Counted from the first letter of the stretch, positions 33,115 to 44,406 are shown. The stretch is DNA of 64,000 nucleotides from an uncultured Chloroflexia bacterium (GCA_963726245.1 CAVSBT010000037.1:64001-128000); one strand, 5' to 3'. The notes: a model not told the origin generated them from the letters alone. Made by a program: numbers and translations.

Positions 33115-33369
33115 ATGCCGGAAGAGAAGGTAGGGGTAGTAAAGGACTTCTTCGCCAAGATTAACGTCGCCGGCATCGACATCACCGGCAACCTGAAGGT
33201 GGGCGACACGATCCACATCAAGGGGCACACAAGCGACTTCGAGCAGCTTGTGGACTCTATGCAGATCGAGCGCGAGCAGGTGCCGGAGGCAAAGCCGGGC
33301 GATGCGATCGGGATCAAGGTGAAGGAGCGCTGCCGGGGCGGCGACGCGGTCTACAAGGTCACGCCCTAG
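33115..33369 (+). CDS. Translation elongation factor-like beta-barrel protein
   Basis: G.V..FF.KINVAG; LKVGDTIHIKG.T.DFEQ.V.SMQI. Confidence 0.8.
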   Translation: MPEEKVGVVKDFFAKINVAGIDITGNLKVGDTIHIKGHTSDFEQLVDSMQIEREQVPEAKPGDAIGIKVKERCRGGDAVYKVTP

Positions 33370-33800
33370 AGCATAGCCCGGCGACGCCGCGCCAGGCTTG
33401 TGAGCACGATCCCATTAAAGCTGATCAGGAGCGCCCCCAGGAAGGCGGCCCAGAAGCCGTCGACCGAGAAATTGACGTTAAGCTGGCCGGCCGCCCAGGC
33501 TGTGAGGGCCAGCATGGCGGCATTGAGGATGAGGGTGAAGAGGCCCAGGGTCAGGATCTGGAAGGGACAGCTCAGCCAGAACAGGACGGGCCGCACGAAG
33601 CTGTGCACGATAGCGAAGATGGCCGTCGAGACCAGCAGGGCCTGCCAGTCTCCCACCCGCACGCCACGCACCCACTGACCGGCCAGGAAGATGCCGATGG
33701 CGCTGACGACGAAGCGCAGCGCCAGGTTCGCCGCAGACCACTCGTCGTGGCGGCGCGGCGGCCACTGCCAAACCCACGCGCGATAGGAGCCGTCGCTCAC
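33366..33800 (-). CDS. YvlD/4-TM phage holin family membrane protein
   Basis: VRPVL..LS.P..ILTLGLF.L.LNA; F..AFLGAL. Confidence 0.85.
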   Translation of the reverse strand: MSDGSYRAWVWQWPPRRHDEWSAANLALRFVVSAIGIFLAGQWVRGVRVGDWQALLVSTAIFAIVHSFVRPVLFWLSCPFQILTLGLFTLILNAAMLALTAWAAGQLNVNFSVDGFWAAFLGALLISFNGIVLTSLARRRRAML

Positions 33801-34231
33801 GTATCCTCAGGCTCTGGCGCCCGCTTGTCCTGCTTCCTCCCCGGCTTGAAGCGGCTCCACATCCCCTGGATCTGGGTCTGGATCTGGCGGTGTCGCTGAA
33901 CCTTCTCTTCCTGCTCTACGACAGCCGCGCTCTCGATCTCGGCGGGAGTCAGGGAGTCGAGGATCTCGTCCGGCTGCTCGCCGAGGCGTAGTCGCCGCGA
34001 GATGGCGATGCCGGCCAGGAGCACGAGGCCGGTGGAGACGACGGCGGCGGGACCGGTGAACCGCCGGTAGCGCCGGGCCAGGTCCGGGAAGCGCCCGACG
34101 GCCTGATGGGCGAGGTTGAGGGCATGCCTGGTGGCGCCATCGGGTTGCTCGCCGTCTAGTGCGTCCCAGGCCTGGTCCTCTCCCGCCGCTGGGTCCGCGG
34201 GCGGCGAGGCTCCATCCTTTACTTCCGGCAT
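33797..34231 (-). CDS. Hypothetical single-TM protein
   Basis: Overlaps the ribH stop and the holin-family start; one TM helix. Confidence 0.65.
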   Translation of the reverse strand: MPEVKDGASPPADPAAGEDQAWDALDGEQPDGATRHALNLAHQAVGRFPDLARRYRRFTGPAAVVSTGLVLLAGIAISRRLRLGEQPDEILDSLTPAEIESAAVVEQEEKVQRHRQIQTQIQGMWSRFKPGRKQDKRAPEPEDT

Positions 34232-34709
34232 CAGTTGGTTCCCTCCACCTGCTCCAGCAGGTTCGCCATCTCGATGGCGGCGACGACGGCGTCATAGCCC
34301 TTGTTGCCCGCCTTGCCGCCGGCCCTGTCCAGAGCCTGCTCGAGAGTGTTGGCCGTGATGACGCCGAAGATAGTGGGGACGCCGGTGTCCAGGGCCACCC
34401 GGCTGATGCCGGCGGCAGCCTGACCGGCCACGTAGTCGAAGTGAGGCGTCTCGCCGCGGATCACGGCACCCAGGCAGACTATGGCGTCGTAGCGGCCGCG
34501 CTCCGCCAGCCGGCGGGCCGCCAGGGGCAGCTCCATGCGCGCCAGGCACCCAGGCCACGTCCACCTTCTCCTGGTCGACGCCGTGGCGGGCCACCGCGTC
34601 GTTGGGCGCCGGCCAGCAGCCGCTCGGTCACCAGGCGGTTGAAGCGGGAGACGACGATAGCCAGGGAGAGCCCCTGGCCGGAAAGCCTGCTCTCAAAGGT
34701 CTTGGCCAC
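34231..34709 (-). CDS. ribH: 6,7-dimethyl-8-ribityllumazine synthase (frameshifted)
   Basis: IVVSRFN; VPGA.ELP; [15 protein letters not shown]; GNKG. Confidence 0.95.
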
Positions 34710-34719
34710 GCTTCCCCCT

Positions 34720-35934
<1,215 letters not shown>

Positions 35935-35976
35935 GTTACGCCCTGTCTGGGCCTTTGAGACTGGTGGTCTTCTGCT

Positions 35977-36027
35977 CTGCGGATTGAAATCCGCAGCTTC
36001 CTCGAAGCTGAGGGTTTCAACCCTCAG
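35977..36027. repeat. 51-bp triple-hairpin repeat, copy 2
   Basis: Identical to 21874-21924 except a compensatory C-G to G-C swap in stem 1. Confidence 0.85.
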
Positions 36028-36047
36028 AGAGGAATCGCCGCTGACCG

Positions 36048-36647
36048 TCAGTGCGTCCCCGGCCCGTGGCCCCGCTCCGTCAGCAATTGGTCCACGTAGC
36101 GGGCTATGATGTCCGACTCCAAGTTTACTCGATCGCCTGGCTTTCGGCGAGTGAGGCCGGTGTTCTCCTGTGTGTACTGCACAAGCGAGACGACGAACGA
36201 CGTCTCGTCCTTGTCCACCACCGTCAGGCTGACGCCATCGATGGCGACGGGGCCCTTGACGACGACATAGCGCAGGATCTCGGGCGGCGCCGAGAAGCGG
36301 GCGAGCACGGCATCGGCCTCGGGGGTGACGGATACGAGGGCGCCGGTGGCCTCGACCACACCGCGCACCAGGTGGCCGCCCATGCGCCCGCCGAGCGGCG
36401 TGGCCCTCTCCAGGTTCACCAGGTTGCCGGGCTTCAGGTCTCCCAGGTTGCTGCGCCGGTAGCTCTCCGGCATGACGTTGGCCTCGAAGCTCTCCTCGTC
36501 CATGTTGGCCACGGTGAGGTCGACGCCGTTGATGGCGATGCTGTCGCCGAGATTGGTGCCCAAGAGCACCTTCTGGGCCTCGATGACCAGCCGGCCCTCG
36601 TCCGCGACGCGCACCCTCCCCGTCTCTTCGATGATGCCCGTGAACAT
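36048..36647 (-). CDS. ribE: Riboflavin synthase
   Basis: MFTGII; GDSIAING; VNLERA; GVSLT. Confidence 0.96.
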   Translation of the reverse strand: MFTGIIEETGRVRVADEGRLVIEAQKVLLGTNLGDSIAINGVDLTVANMDEESFEANVMPESYRRSNLGDLKPGNLVNLERATPLGGRMGGHLVRGVVEATGALVSVTPEADAVLARFSAPPEILRYVVVKGPVAIDGVSLTVVDKDETSFVVSLVQYTQENTGLTRRKPGDRVNLESDIIARYVDQLLTERGHGPGTH

Positions 36648-37783
36648 CAGTCCTTGTTTCCTCTCTCCTGTCCAGTGTACCCCGTCACCAGCAGGTCCTC
36701 CCCCAACCGCTCAACAGAGACGTCCTGCAGGCGCTGGGCGTCGGCCATGCGAGGGGCGCCGCGTCCGGCGACGGCCGTGGGCGCCTCCTCCCCTCCGATG
36801 ATAATCGGTGCGACGATGGCCTGCACCTTGTCCACCAGCCCCAGGTCGAAGAACCTGCCCAGCAGCTCGCCGCCTCCCTCCACCAGCAGGCTGAGGATGT
36901 CGTGCCCCCCAAGGTGGGACAGGAGCTCGCCCAGGTCCACTCGCCCCTCCGACGCCGGCAGCACCAAGACCTCGGCGCCGGCGTCGCGCATCTCCCGCCG
37001 CCAGGCGTCGGGCGAGGCGTCGGTGGTGGCAATTAGCGTCCTGGCGGGCCCGTGCAACACCCGCGCCGAAGCCGGCGTGCGGCCTCGGCTGTCTGCCACG
37101 ATTCGTAGCGGCTGGCGCGGCCCGCCGTCCGCGTTGCAGGCGCCCTCGCCGGGCTCGGGCCGAGCCGTGAGCTCAGGGTTGTCGATCAGGACGGTGCGCA
37201 CCCCCACCATGATGGCGTCCACCAGCGTGCGCTGCCGGTGGGCCCAGCGACGGGCCTCGGGGCCGCTAACCCATCGCGAGTCGCCGCTGGTGGCGGCGAT
37301 CTTGCCGTCCAGGCTGACGGCGAACTTGGCGATGACAAAGGGGAGGCCCGTCGTCCGCTGCTTGAGATAGGCCTCGTTGATGCGCCGCGCCTCCTCCTCG
37401 CGTTCGCCCACGGAGACCGTCACGCCCGCCGACTCAAGCTCCGCCTTGCCCCGGCCGTCGACGTGGGGGTCCGGATCCAGGTGCGAGAAGTGCACCTCGC
37501 TCACGCCGGCGGCCAGCAGGGCCTCGGTGCAGGGAGGCGTGCGGCCGTGGTGGCAACAGGGCTCGAGCGTCACGTAGAGGGCGGCGCCGCGGGCCGCGTC
37601 GCCGGCCTGGCGGATGGCCACCACCTCGGCGTGAGGCCCGCCGGGGGGCTGCGTGAAGCCCTCCCCGACGATGCGGCCGCCCTTCACCAGCACGGCGCCG
37701 ACGGCCGGGTTGGGGCTGGCGCTCCCCAGGGCCTGACGGGCCAGGCTCAGGGCCCTCTCCATGGGGTCAGTCGACATGGTCAC
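36647..37783 (-). CDS. ribD: Riboflavin biosynthesis deaminase/reductase RibD
   Basis: PNPAVG; HAEV; TLEPCCH.GRTPPC; SLDG; VEGG. Confidence 0.96.
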   Translation of the reverse strand: MTMSTDPMERALSLARQALGSASPNPAVGAVLVKGGRIVGEGFTQPPGGPHAEVVAIRQAGDAARGAALYVTLEPCCHHGRTPPCTEALLAAGVSEVHFSHLDPDPHVDGRGKAELESAGVTVSVGEREEEARRINEAYLKQRTTGLPFVIAKFAVSLDGKIAATSGDSRWVSGPEARRWAHRQRTLVDAIMVGVRTVLIDNPELTARPEPGEGACNADGGPRQPLRIVADSRGRTPASARVLHGPARTLIATTDASPDAWRREMRDAGAEVLVLPASEGRVDLGELLSHLGGHDILSLLVEGGGELLGRFFDLGLVDKVQAIVAPIIIGGEEAPTAVAGRGAPRMADAQRLQDVSVERLGEDLLVTGYTGQERGNKD

Positions 37784-38358
37784 TCAGCGGGTCCGCGCCG
37801 GAAGTCCTCATAGGCGCGGCTGGCAGTGGGCTCGTCCTGGCCCTGGTACTTGCTCCCCAGGCCGGGGCTCCCGTAGGGCCTCTCCACGGGGGTGGAGAGA
37901 CGCAGGAACGATATCTGGGCGATCTTCATGCCGCAGTAGATGGCGATGGGCATCTTCGAAGCGTTGGAGAGCTCCAGCGTCAGCTTGCCCGTCCAGCCGG
38001 GGTCCACGAAGCCGGCGGTGGCGTGGACGAGCAGCCCCAGACGCCCGAGCGAGCCGCGGCCGTCCAGCCGCCCGACGATATCGTCGGGCAGGGTGATGGT
38101 CTCCGAAGTGCTGGCCAGGACGAACTCGCCCGACTGGAGGAAGAAGGGCGTGTCGTCCTCCATCTGCACCACCTCCGTCAGCGACTCCACGGGCTCGCGC
38201 ACGTCGATGTGGGCGCGATGGCTGAGGCGGAAGACGCGCAGGACGCAGTCCAGGTGCAGGTCGATGCTGGCGGGCTGGATACGGTCGAGCTCCAGCGGGT
38301 CGACGATGAGCCGCCCGGAGGCGATCTCCTCTCGGATAGTCTTGTCGCTGAGGACCAA
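37780..38358 (-). CDS. dcd: dCTP deaminase
   Basis: LSD..I; QPASIDL; SLGRLGL.VH.TAG.VDPG..G.LTLEL; KYQGQ. Confidence 0.95.
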   Translation of the reverse strand: MVLSDKTIREEIASGRLIVDPLELDRIQPASIDLHLDCVLRVFRLSHRAHIDVREPVESLTEVVQMEDDTPFFLQSGEFVLASTSETITLPDDIVGRLDGRGSLGRLGLLVHATAGFVDPGWTGKLTLELSNASKMPIAIYCGMKIAQISFLRLSTPVERPYGSPGLGSKYQGQDEPTASRAYEDFRRGPAE

Positions 38359-38372
38359 GGGACCTCTCCCAT

Positions 38373-38610
38373 GTAAGGGCGCAGCCCTTCGACAGGCTCA
38401 GGACATGGCCCTTCGACGGGCTCAGGGCGCAGCATGCTGCGCCCCTACTGCGGTGGCTTCATTCTAGCATCGGGCCGTTGGGGGCAACAAGGCGGCCAAT
38501 GGGTGCGGGGCCCGGCCGTCGTAGGGGCGCCCCTCGCGGGCGCCCGGTCAGCCGTAGGGGCGGGCCCTCGTGGCCGCCCTCATGGGGGCAGGGGCGAGCC
38601 CTGCCCCTAC
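38373..38610. repeat. Cluster of GTAG REP palindromes with nested CTTCGAC..CTCAG units
   Basis: GTAGGGGCG... units at 38521 and 38554; ...GCCCCTAC at 38448 and 38610. Confidence 0.75.
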
Positions 38611-38623
38611 GAGGATCGTCGTC

Positions 38624-39346
38624 CTATTCGAGGGCGTAGAGGATGTCGACGGTGACGCTTACCTCCAGCTCGCCCGGCTGGATGGGCGTGGCCATCTCGG
38701 CACCCGCGGCCCCCGGCATCGCGTTGCGGAAGGCGGTTGGCGGTGTGCCGGTGGTCTCGCTGACAGAGATCGGCTTGCCTAGCTTCACACCGGCCAGCTC
38801 AGCCAGGCCCTCGGCCCGGGCGCGGGCGTCGGCCACCGCCTCCTGGCGGGCTTGGGCCCGGAGCGTCTCCGGGTTCTCGATGGTGAAGGTCAGGCCCTGA
38901 ACCTGGACGACATCGCCGCCGGCCTTCGCCGCGTCGTCGATTATTTGCCCTGTGCTGTCAAGGTTGCGCACCTTGACTTCGACGATGTTGGTGACCCGGA
39001 AGCCAATCAGCTCCTGCTTGCCGTCCGGATACTGGTACTCCGGCTCGATGCTGAACTGCTGGGTTTGAACGTCCTTCTCAGCCACGCCATCGCCCTTGAC
39101 GGCGCTATTGACAGCGTTCATGGCAGTGGCGGCGGCGTCCCGCGCCTCCTTGACCGTCTTTCCCTCTGTGGAGACGCCTAGATCAAGAAGAGCCAGGTCC
39201 GGCGCGCCCGAGGCCTGCCCGGTGCCGCTGACGGAGATGCCCTGCGCCTGGCCGGACGGCTGGACCTTGACGTTCTCGTTTGTGGTGCAGGCCACAGCCA
39301 GGGCGGCCAGGCCCAGGAAAACGGCTATCAGGAGTGTCTTGTGCAT
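38624..39346 (-). CDS. SIMPL (DUF541) domain lipoprotein
   Basis: Lipobox AVAC; ISVSG.G...PD.A; A..DARARAE.LA. Confidence 0.9.
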   Translation of the reverse strand: MHKTLLIAVFLGLAALAVACTTNENVKVQPSGQAQGISVSGTGQASGAPDLALLDLGVSTEGKTVKEARDAAATAMNAVNSAVKGDGVAEKDVQTQQFSIEPEYQYPDGKQELIGFRVTNIVEVKVRNLDSTGQIIDDAAKAGGDVVQVQGLTFTIENPETLRAQARQEAVADARARAEGLAELAGVKLGKPISVSETTGTPPTAFRNAMPGAAGAEMATPIQPGELEVSVTVDILYALE

Positions 39347-39407
39347 CACTCTTACCTCCATTGAAGCACGCCCCGAATCTCTGCGGGCAAGCGTGCAGTC
39401 AACCCGT

Positions 39408-40208
39408 CTAGATGCGGCCCGCTCGCCGCCGTCGCCGCCAGAGCAAGGCGACCGACGCCAGGAAGGCGGCACCCGCCACGCCCTGGAAGCCGCGCAGGAC
39501 CCAGCGGCCGTTGCCCCCGCCTTCCCCGGCAATCGCGGTTGGCGGCGTCGGGGCCGCTGCGGTCGGGGCCGGCGTTTCCGTGGGTGCGGAGGCCCCGGCG
39601 AAGGCCTCCGGCGTGCCGGCGGCCTGCGGCGTGCCCGGCTGCTTCCCGCTCGCCGAGCGCCGGTTGGGCGGCGCCAGCACCGGGGCAGGCGTCGGCGCCG
39701 GTGCGGGCGCGGCCTGCATGGACGGCTCCACGAAGCCCTGGGTGGTGCCCGGAGACGTTGTGGGCGGCGCTCCGCTCAACGCCTGGTCGGCCCGCATGGC
39801 CTCCTTCGCCAGGGAGGCCGGGACGGCGCCCTCCGGCGCGCCTCCACCACCCAGGGTTCCGAGGTCGACGCCTACCAGCACGACAAAGAGGACCAACGTC
39901 GCCACGGCCGCGCCTGCCGGGCCGAAGGCGAACGTGCGCGGCAGCCACGCGGTCCCGGCCGGCCTGCGCCTCTGCGGCGCCTCTACCTGCTCCGGCCGCA
40001 GAGTGAAGGAGCGAGGCGCCGGCATCGAGGGCAGGTCACGCAGGCCCTCGACGACGGCCCGCAGCTCCTTCATATGGCGGCGGCAGGGCCCGCAGGAGGT
40101 CAGGTGCCTCTCGAGGCGCGCCGATTCCGCCGGTGAGAGCCGTCCGTCCAGGTAGGCGGACAGGTCTTCTTCGCCGAACGGGTGTCTTCTGACGAACGGG
40201 TTTCGCAA
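39408..40208 (-). CDS. zf-HC2 anti-sigma factor
   Basis: LSAYLDG.LS...HL.SC..C; TM helices; follows the ECF sigma. Confidence 0.88.
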   Translation of the reverse strand: MRNPFVRRHPFGEEDLSAYLDGRLSPAESARLERHLTSCGPCRRHMKELRAVVEGLRDLPSMPAPRSFTLRPEQVEAPQRRRPAGTAWLPRTFAFGPAGAAVATLVLFVVLVGVDLGTLGGGGAPEGAVPASLAKEAMRADQALSGAPPTTSPGTTQGFVEPSMQAAPAPAPTPAPVLAPPNRRSASGKQPGTPQAAGTPEAFAGASAPTETPAPTAAAPTPPTAIAGEGGGNGRWVLRGFQGVAGAAFLASVALLWRRRRRAGRI

Positions 40209-40245
40209 TGCGTTGCCTCGATCTGCCGGGGCCACAGGCCCTCTA

Positions 40246-40845
40246 CTAGGTTGGACGCTGCCCCGGCGGCGAAAGTTCCCCCTGCTCCAGCAGGTAAAGC
40301 CGCAGGCGCCCGCGGCCACGGCTGATGCGCGATTTCACGGTGCCGAGAGACGAACCCATGACCTGGCCGACCTCCTCATAGCTCAAACCCTGCACGTCGG
40401 CGAGGATGACGGCCAGCCGCTGGTCCGGCGGCAGGGTGAGGAGCGCGGCCTGCATCGAGCGGGCCCGCTCGGAACGCAGGGCCAGCTCCTCGGGCCCCGC
40501 AGCGCTATCGGGAACGTCCAGGGCGGTCTCGCTGTCCGAGAACGGTGCCTCCAGGGACACCTGCGGCCGGCGGCGGCGACGGCGCAGCTCATCGATGGCG
40601 GCGTTGGCGGCGATGCGAAAGAGCCAGGCGCGAAAACTCGGGCCCCGGAACCGGCGTATGTTATTGTAGGCGGCCAGAAAGGCCTCCTGGGTGGCGTCCT
40701 CGGCCGCCTCCCGGACGCCCAGCATCCGCCGGCAGAGATTGTAGACCTGGCCCTGGTACATCTCCACCAGGGCGTTGAAGGCCGGCAGGTCGCCCTCCCG
40801 GCTGAGGGCCACCAGCCGATCATCCTCTGGGGCGGTAGCCTGCAA
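40246..40845 (-). CDS. ECF RNA polymerase sigma factor (SigW/SigE-like)
   Basis: AEDATQEAF; FRAWL.RIA.N; GLSYEE; GTVKSRISR.R. Confidence 0.93.
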   Translation of the reverse strand: MQATAPEDDRLVALSREGDLPAFNALVEMYQGQVYNLCRRMLGVREAAEDATQEAFLAAYNNIRRFRGPSFRAWLFRIAANAAIDELRRRRRRPQVSLEAPFSDSETALDVPDSAAGPEELALRSERARSMQAALLTLPPDQRLAVILADVQGLSYEEVGQVMGSSLGTVKSRISRGRGRLRLYLLEQGELSPPGQRPT

Positions 40846-40969
40846 AGGTGACCTCGCCGCCGCTCCTGGACTGCGCCGTCGCGCTGAAAGGGGCTTGCGG
40901 CGCCATCATTCTAGCAGAGGGGGGTCCGGCAGTCTGTCAGGCTTTCCTATGCTATACTGGGATTCTGAC

Positions 40970-41782
40970 ATGACCAAACCCGCTTCCGAGGAACCCCCCT
41001 TCTTCAAGATGGCCCGTGAGTCCGCGCCAGGCGACCCTCCGACCGGCGCAGAAGCGGCGGAACCTGACGCTCTGTTCTGGTCGAGCGGCGCCGATGAGGG
41101 CATCTACTCCGGACGCGGCGAGCCGTATCCCTGGCCGGTGGACCAGGAGGCACCGCCCAAGCCCAGGCGAGGCCCCCGCATAAGGCGGCTGGCGCGGGAG
41201 CTCGTCGAGACCTTCATCCTCGCTCTCCTCATCTTCCTTGCCGTCCGAACCGCCTTTCAGAACTTCCGGGTAGAAGGCTCCAGCATGGACCCCGTCCTTC
41301 AAAACGGCCAGTACTTGATCGTCAACAAGGCCATCTATGCCCACATCAACCTCAAGACCATCAGCCGCTTCCTCCCCTTCATCGACCCTGGTGACGACCC
41401 GGTCCACTACATCTTCCGCCGTCCCCAGCGAGGCGACGTGATAGTGTTCCGCTTTCCCGGCAACCCCGACCGGGATTTCATCAAGCGCATCATCGGCGAG
41501 CCGGGCGACACCGTGGAGGTCAAGAACGGCAACGTCTACATCAACGGCGGCGCGCTCGACGAGCCCTACACCATGAGCAAGCCTACCTACACCTACGGGC
41601 CGACGGAGGTGCCCCCCAGGCAATACTTCGTCCTAGGCGACAACAGGAACAACAGCTACGATTCCCACTCGTGGGGTTTCGTTCCGCAGGAGAACATCAT
41701 CGGCCAGGCCTGGCTCTCTTACTGGCCGAAGGACGCCTGGGGGCTGGTCCTCAACAAGAACCTCTCGCCGCAGGCCCCCTGA
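40970..41782 (+). CDS. lepB: Signal peptidase I
   Basis: GSSMDP; IKRIIG.PGD; GDNRNNS.DS. Confidence 0.94.
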   Translation: MTKPASEEPPFFKMARESAPGDPPTGAEAAEPDALFWSSGADEGIYSGRGEPYPWPVDQEAPPKPRRGPRIRRLARELVETFILALLIFLAVRTAFQNFRVEGSSMDPVLQNGQYLIVNKAIYAHINLKTISRFLPFIDPGDDPVHYIFRRPQRGDVIVFRFPGNPDRDFIKRIIGEPGDTVEVKNGNVYINGGALDEPYTMSKPTYTYGPTEVPPRQYFVLGDNRNNSYDSHSWGFVPQENIIGQAWLSYWPKDAWGLVLNKNLSPQAP

Positions 41783-41832
41783 CGCCCAAACGGGCACACC
41801 GGCAGATCTGGCAAACAGGCATCTAGTATCCT

Positions 41833-41878
41833 GCCCGTTTTGCCCGTTTGTTCGTTTGTCCGTTTGGTCGTTTGCTCG
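41833..41878. repeat. Short tandem 8-mer repeat (GNNCGTTT x5)
   Basis: GCCCGTTT-T-GCCCGTTT-GTTCGTTT-GTCCGTTT-GGTCGTTT-GCTCG. Confidence 0.7.
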
Positions 41879-42032
41879 AACCATTTGCGTTCGCCAACAG
41901 ACCCCCTTACGCCAGACCCCGTATTCTGGAAGGATTTCTTTGATTCTGCTGCCGAAGGGTCTTGACAGAGAAGAGGTCTTGTTGTAATAAAGAGAGCGGA
42001 CAGCCGTTTTTAAAAGCGAACGATTGCTTTAC

Positions 42033-42692
42033 ATGCCTAAGGTATCCAGTCGCTACCTCGAAGAACGAAAGAGCGAGATCGTGGACGCTGCCGAGGCCTG
42101 CTTCCTGCGCAGAGGCTTCCACCAGTGCACCATGCAGGACATCTGCAAAGAGTCCGGCCTCAGCCCCGGCGCTGTCTACCGCTACTTCAAGAGCAAGAGC
42201 GACATCATCGCCGCCGTCATCGCACGGAGCACTGAGCGCGGCGCGACCCTCATCGACGAGGCACGCGACTCGCACGCCAAAGCCGCGCAGGCCCTGGAGG
42301 CCATCGGCCAGTACTTCTTCGGGCGGCTGCAGAAAGACGATACGGCGCGCGTCGCCGCCCTGGAGCTCGAGATCTGGGGAGAGGCGCTCAGGAACGCAGA
42401 GGTGCGGACCACGTACGGCCAGCAGTTCCGCCTCCTGAGCGGGGCTCTATCTGAGCTCTACCGGCTGGCGATGGCGCAGGCCGGGATAGAGTCCCCGACG
42501 ACGAACCCCATGGGGCTCGCCCACCTGTCGCTGGCCCTCTTCCACGGCCTGCAGCTTTACTACGCGCTGTACCCCGACGAGGTGAACGCCGGCGAGGTGC
42601 TGGACACGCTGAGTGCTCTGCTCCAGGCCCGTCTGTCAGAGAGCCGCGCCAAGGTTGGCACGAAGCAAGCCGCGGCGATAGGACGGCGTTAA
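42033..42692 (+). CDS. TetR/AcrR family regulator
   Basis: I..AA..CF...GF...TMQDI..E.GLS.GAVY.YFKSK. Confidence 0.93.
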   Translation: MPKVSSRYLEERKSEIVDAAEACFLRRGFHQCTMQDICKESGLSPGAVYRYFKSKSDIIAAVIARSTERGATLIDEARDSHAKAAQALEAIGQYFFGRLQKDDTARVAALELEIWGEALRNAEVRTTYGQQFRLLSGALSELYRLAMAQAGIESPTTNPMGLAHLSLALFHGLQLYYALYPDEVNAGEVLDTLSALLQARLSESRAKVGTKQAAAIGRR

Positions 42693-42694
42693 GC

Positions 42695-42904
42695 ATGTGG
42701 GATGCAGCACTGTATCTGGAATACGCCAGTCGTGAGCGGGTGAGAGAAGTGGCTAGAGAGACCCAAAGCGCCTGCCGGCCGTCGCGACCTTGCGATCTGC
42801 GTCGGCGTCTGGCTCACAGACTGGTCTCTTGGGGCCTCTACTTCGACCCGCAGGCCGATGGCTCACTGGTGTCTGGCGGCCGAACACGACCAGCGCCACG
42901 CTAG
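42695..42904 (+). CDS. Small hypothetical protein
   Basis: 69 aa, starts 2 nt after the TetR stop. Confidence 0.5.
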   Translation: MWDAALYLEYASRERVREVARETQSACRPSRPCDLRRRLAHRLVSWGLYFDPQADGSLVSGGRTRPAPR

Positions 42905-43028
42905 CCCGCCACGGGTGGCGCACTTCGTTGCCCCCCGGCGAAGTGCGCCACCCTTTTCTTTCGATTCGTGCCCCAATGTGTTGAAGGCCAGGCTTAAGCC
43001 TGGCCTTCATTGTCTCGTGGTTGCCGAT

Positions 43029-44303
43029 TCACGGGTATATGCCCCGCGCCCGCAGCGCCTCCGCCACGCGGCTAACGCCCAACATGTAGGCAGCCTGCCG
43101 TAGCGGCACTTTCTCGCGCTCGGCGCAGGCGATCGTCTCCTGAAAGCTGCGCACCATGAGGCGGTGCAGGCGCTGGTTCACCTCGGACTCCTCCCAGAAG
43201 AAGGACTGGAGGTCCTGTACCCACTCGAAGTAGGAGACGATGACGCCGCCGGCATTCGCCACGATGTCCGGCACCACCATGACCCCCTTCTCGGCCAGGA
43301 TGAGGTCCGCCTTGGGGGTTACAGGCCCGTTCGCGCCTTCGACCACGAGGCGGGCCCTTACCGCGAAGGCGTTGCCTTCGTGGACTTGTCCCTCCAATGC
43401 CGCCGGGATGAGGATGTCCACCGGCAGCGTCAGGAGCTCCTCATTGCTGATGCGGTCGCCGCCGGGGAATTCAGTTAGGGAGCCCCGGGCCCGCTTGAAG
43501 TCCCAGACCGCGTCCACGTCCACGGCCTTGGCATTATAGATGCCGCACCGGCTGTCGCTGACGGCCACGACTCGGGCCCCGGCCTGACAAAGAAGGCGGC
43601 CCGCCACACCGCCCACGTTCCCGAAGCCCTGAACGGCCACCGTGGTCCCTTCCAGAGGTATGCCCAGGTGCTTGCAGGCCTCCTGCACGGTGAAAAGAAC
43701 GCCGCGGCCCGTGGCCTCGAAGCGGCCGCTGCTGCCACCGATGCTCACCGGCTTGCCCGTGACCACGCCGGGCACCGAGTGGCCATGGTGCATGCTGTAG
43801 GTGTCCATGATCCAGGCCATGACGCGGGCATCGGTGCCCATGTCGGGGGCGGGTATGTCGCGCTCCGGCCCAATGAGGCCGCCGATCTCGGTGGCGTAGC
43901 GGCGCGAGACCTTCTCCAGCTCGCCCTCCGAGAGGGCACGCGGGTCCACCTGGACACCACCCTTGGCGCCGCCATAAGGAAGGTTGGCCACCGCACACTT
44001 CCACGTCATCCACATGGCCAGGGCCCGCACTTCGTCAAGAGAAACGGCGGCGTTAAAGCGGATGCCGCCCTTCACGGGGCCCCGCGCCTCGTTGTGGTGG
44101 ATGCGGTAGCCGGTGAAGACATGGATCGAACCGTCGTCCATCTTGACAGGAAAACGAACGACGAACTCTCGCTTGCAGGTGCGGAGGACCTGACACAGGC
44201 CGTCGTCCAGCCCTAGCCGACCGGCCACGGCGTCGAACTGGGCGAGAGCCATCTCGTAAGGGTTGTCAGGCCGCCTTTCGGCCTCAGGCGCAACTTGCGT
44301 CAT
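43029..44303 (-). CDS. gdhA: Glu/Leu/Phe/Val dehydrogenase (glutamate dehydrogenase)
   Basis: KGGIRF; GGAKGG; DIPAPD; ATGRG; QGFGNVG; EGANGP; NAGGV.VSYFEW. Confidence 0.95.
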   Translation of the reverse strand: MTQVAPEAERRPDNPYEMALAQFDAVAGRLGLDDGLCQVLRTCKREFVVRFPVKMDDGSIHVFTGYRIHHNEARGPVKGGIRFNAAVSLDEVRALAMWMTWKCAVANLPYGGAKGGVQVDPRALSEGELEKVSRRYATEIGGLIGPERDIPAPDMGTDARVMAWIMDTYSMHHGHSVPGVVTGKPVSIGGSSGRFEATGRGVLFTVQEACKHLGIPLEGTTVAVQGFGNVGGVAGRLLCQAGARVVAVSDSRCGIYNAKAVDVDAVWDFKRARGSLTEFPGGDRISNEELLTLPVDILIPAALEGQVHEGNAFAVRARLVVEGANGPVTPKADLILAEKGVMVVPDIVANAGGVIVSYFEWVQDLQSFFWEESEVNQRLHRLMVRSFQETIACAEREKVPLRQAAYMLGVSRVAEALRARGIYP

Positions 44304-44406
44304 GCCGCCTTCTCCTTCCTGCTGGCCGAGACCGGGGGCAGGCAAGCCCGACTATCAGGCATCCTGGGCCACAGCCTTCTCTTCTGATCATCCATCCCTT
44401 CGGGGC

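Noticed and set aside
33366-33800. Holin as evidence of a prophage
   Set aside because: It is a YvlD-type membrane protein common in chromosomes, and no other phage genes are nearby.
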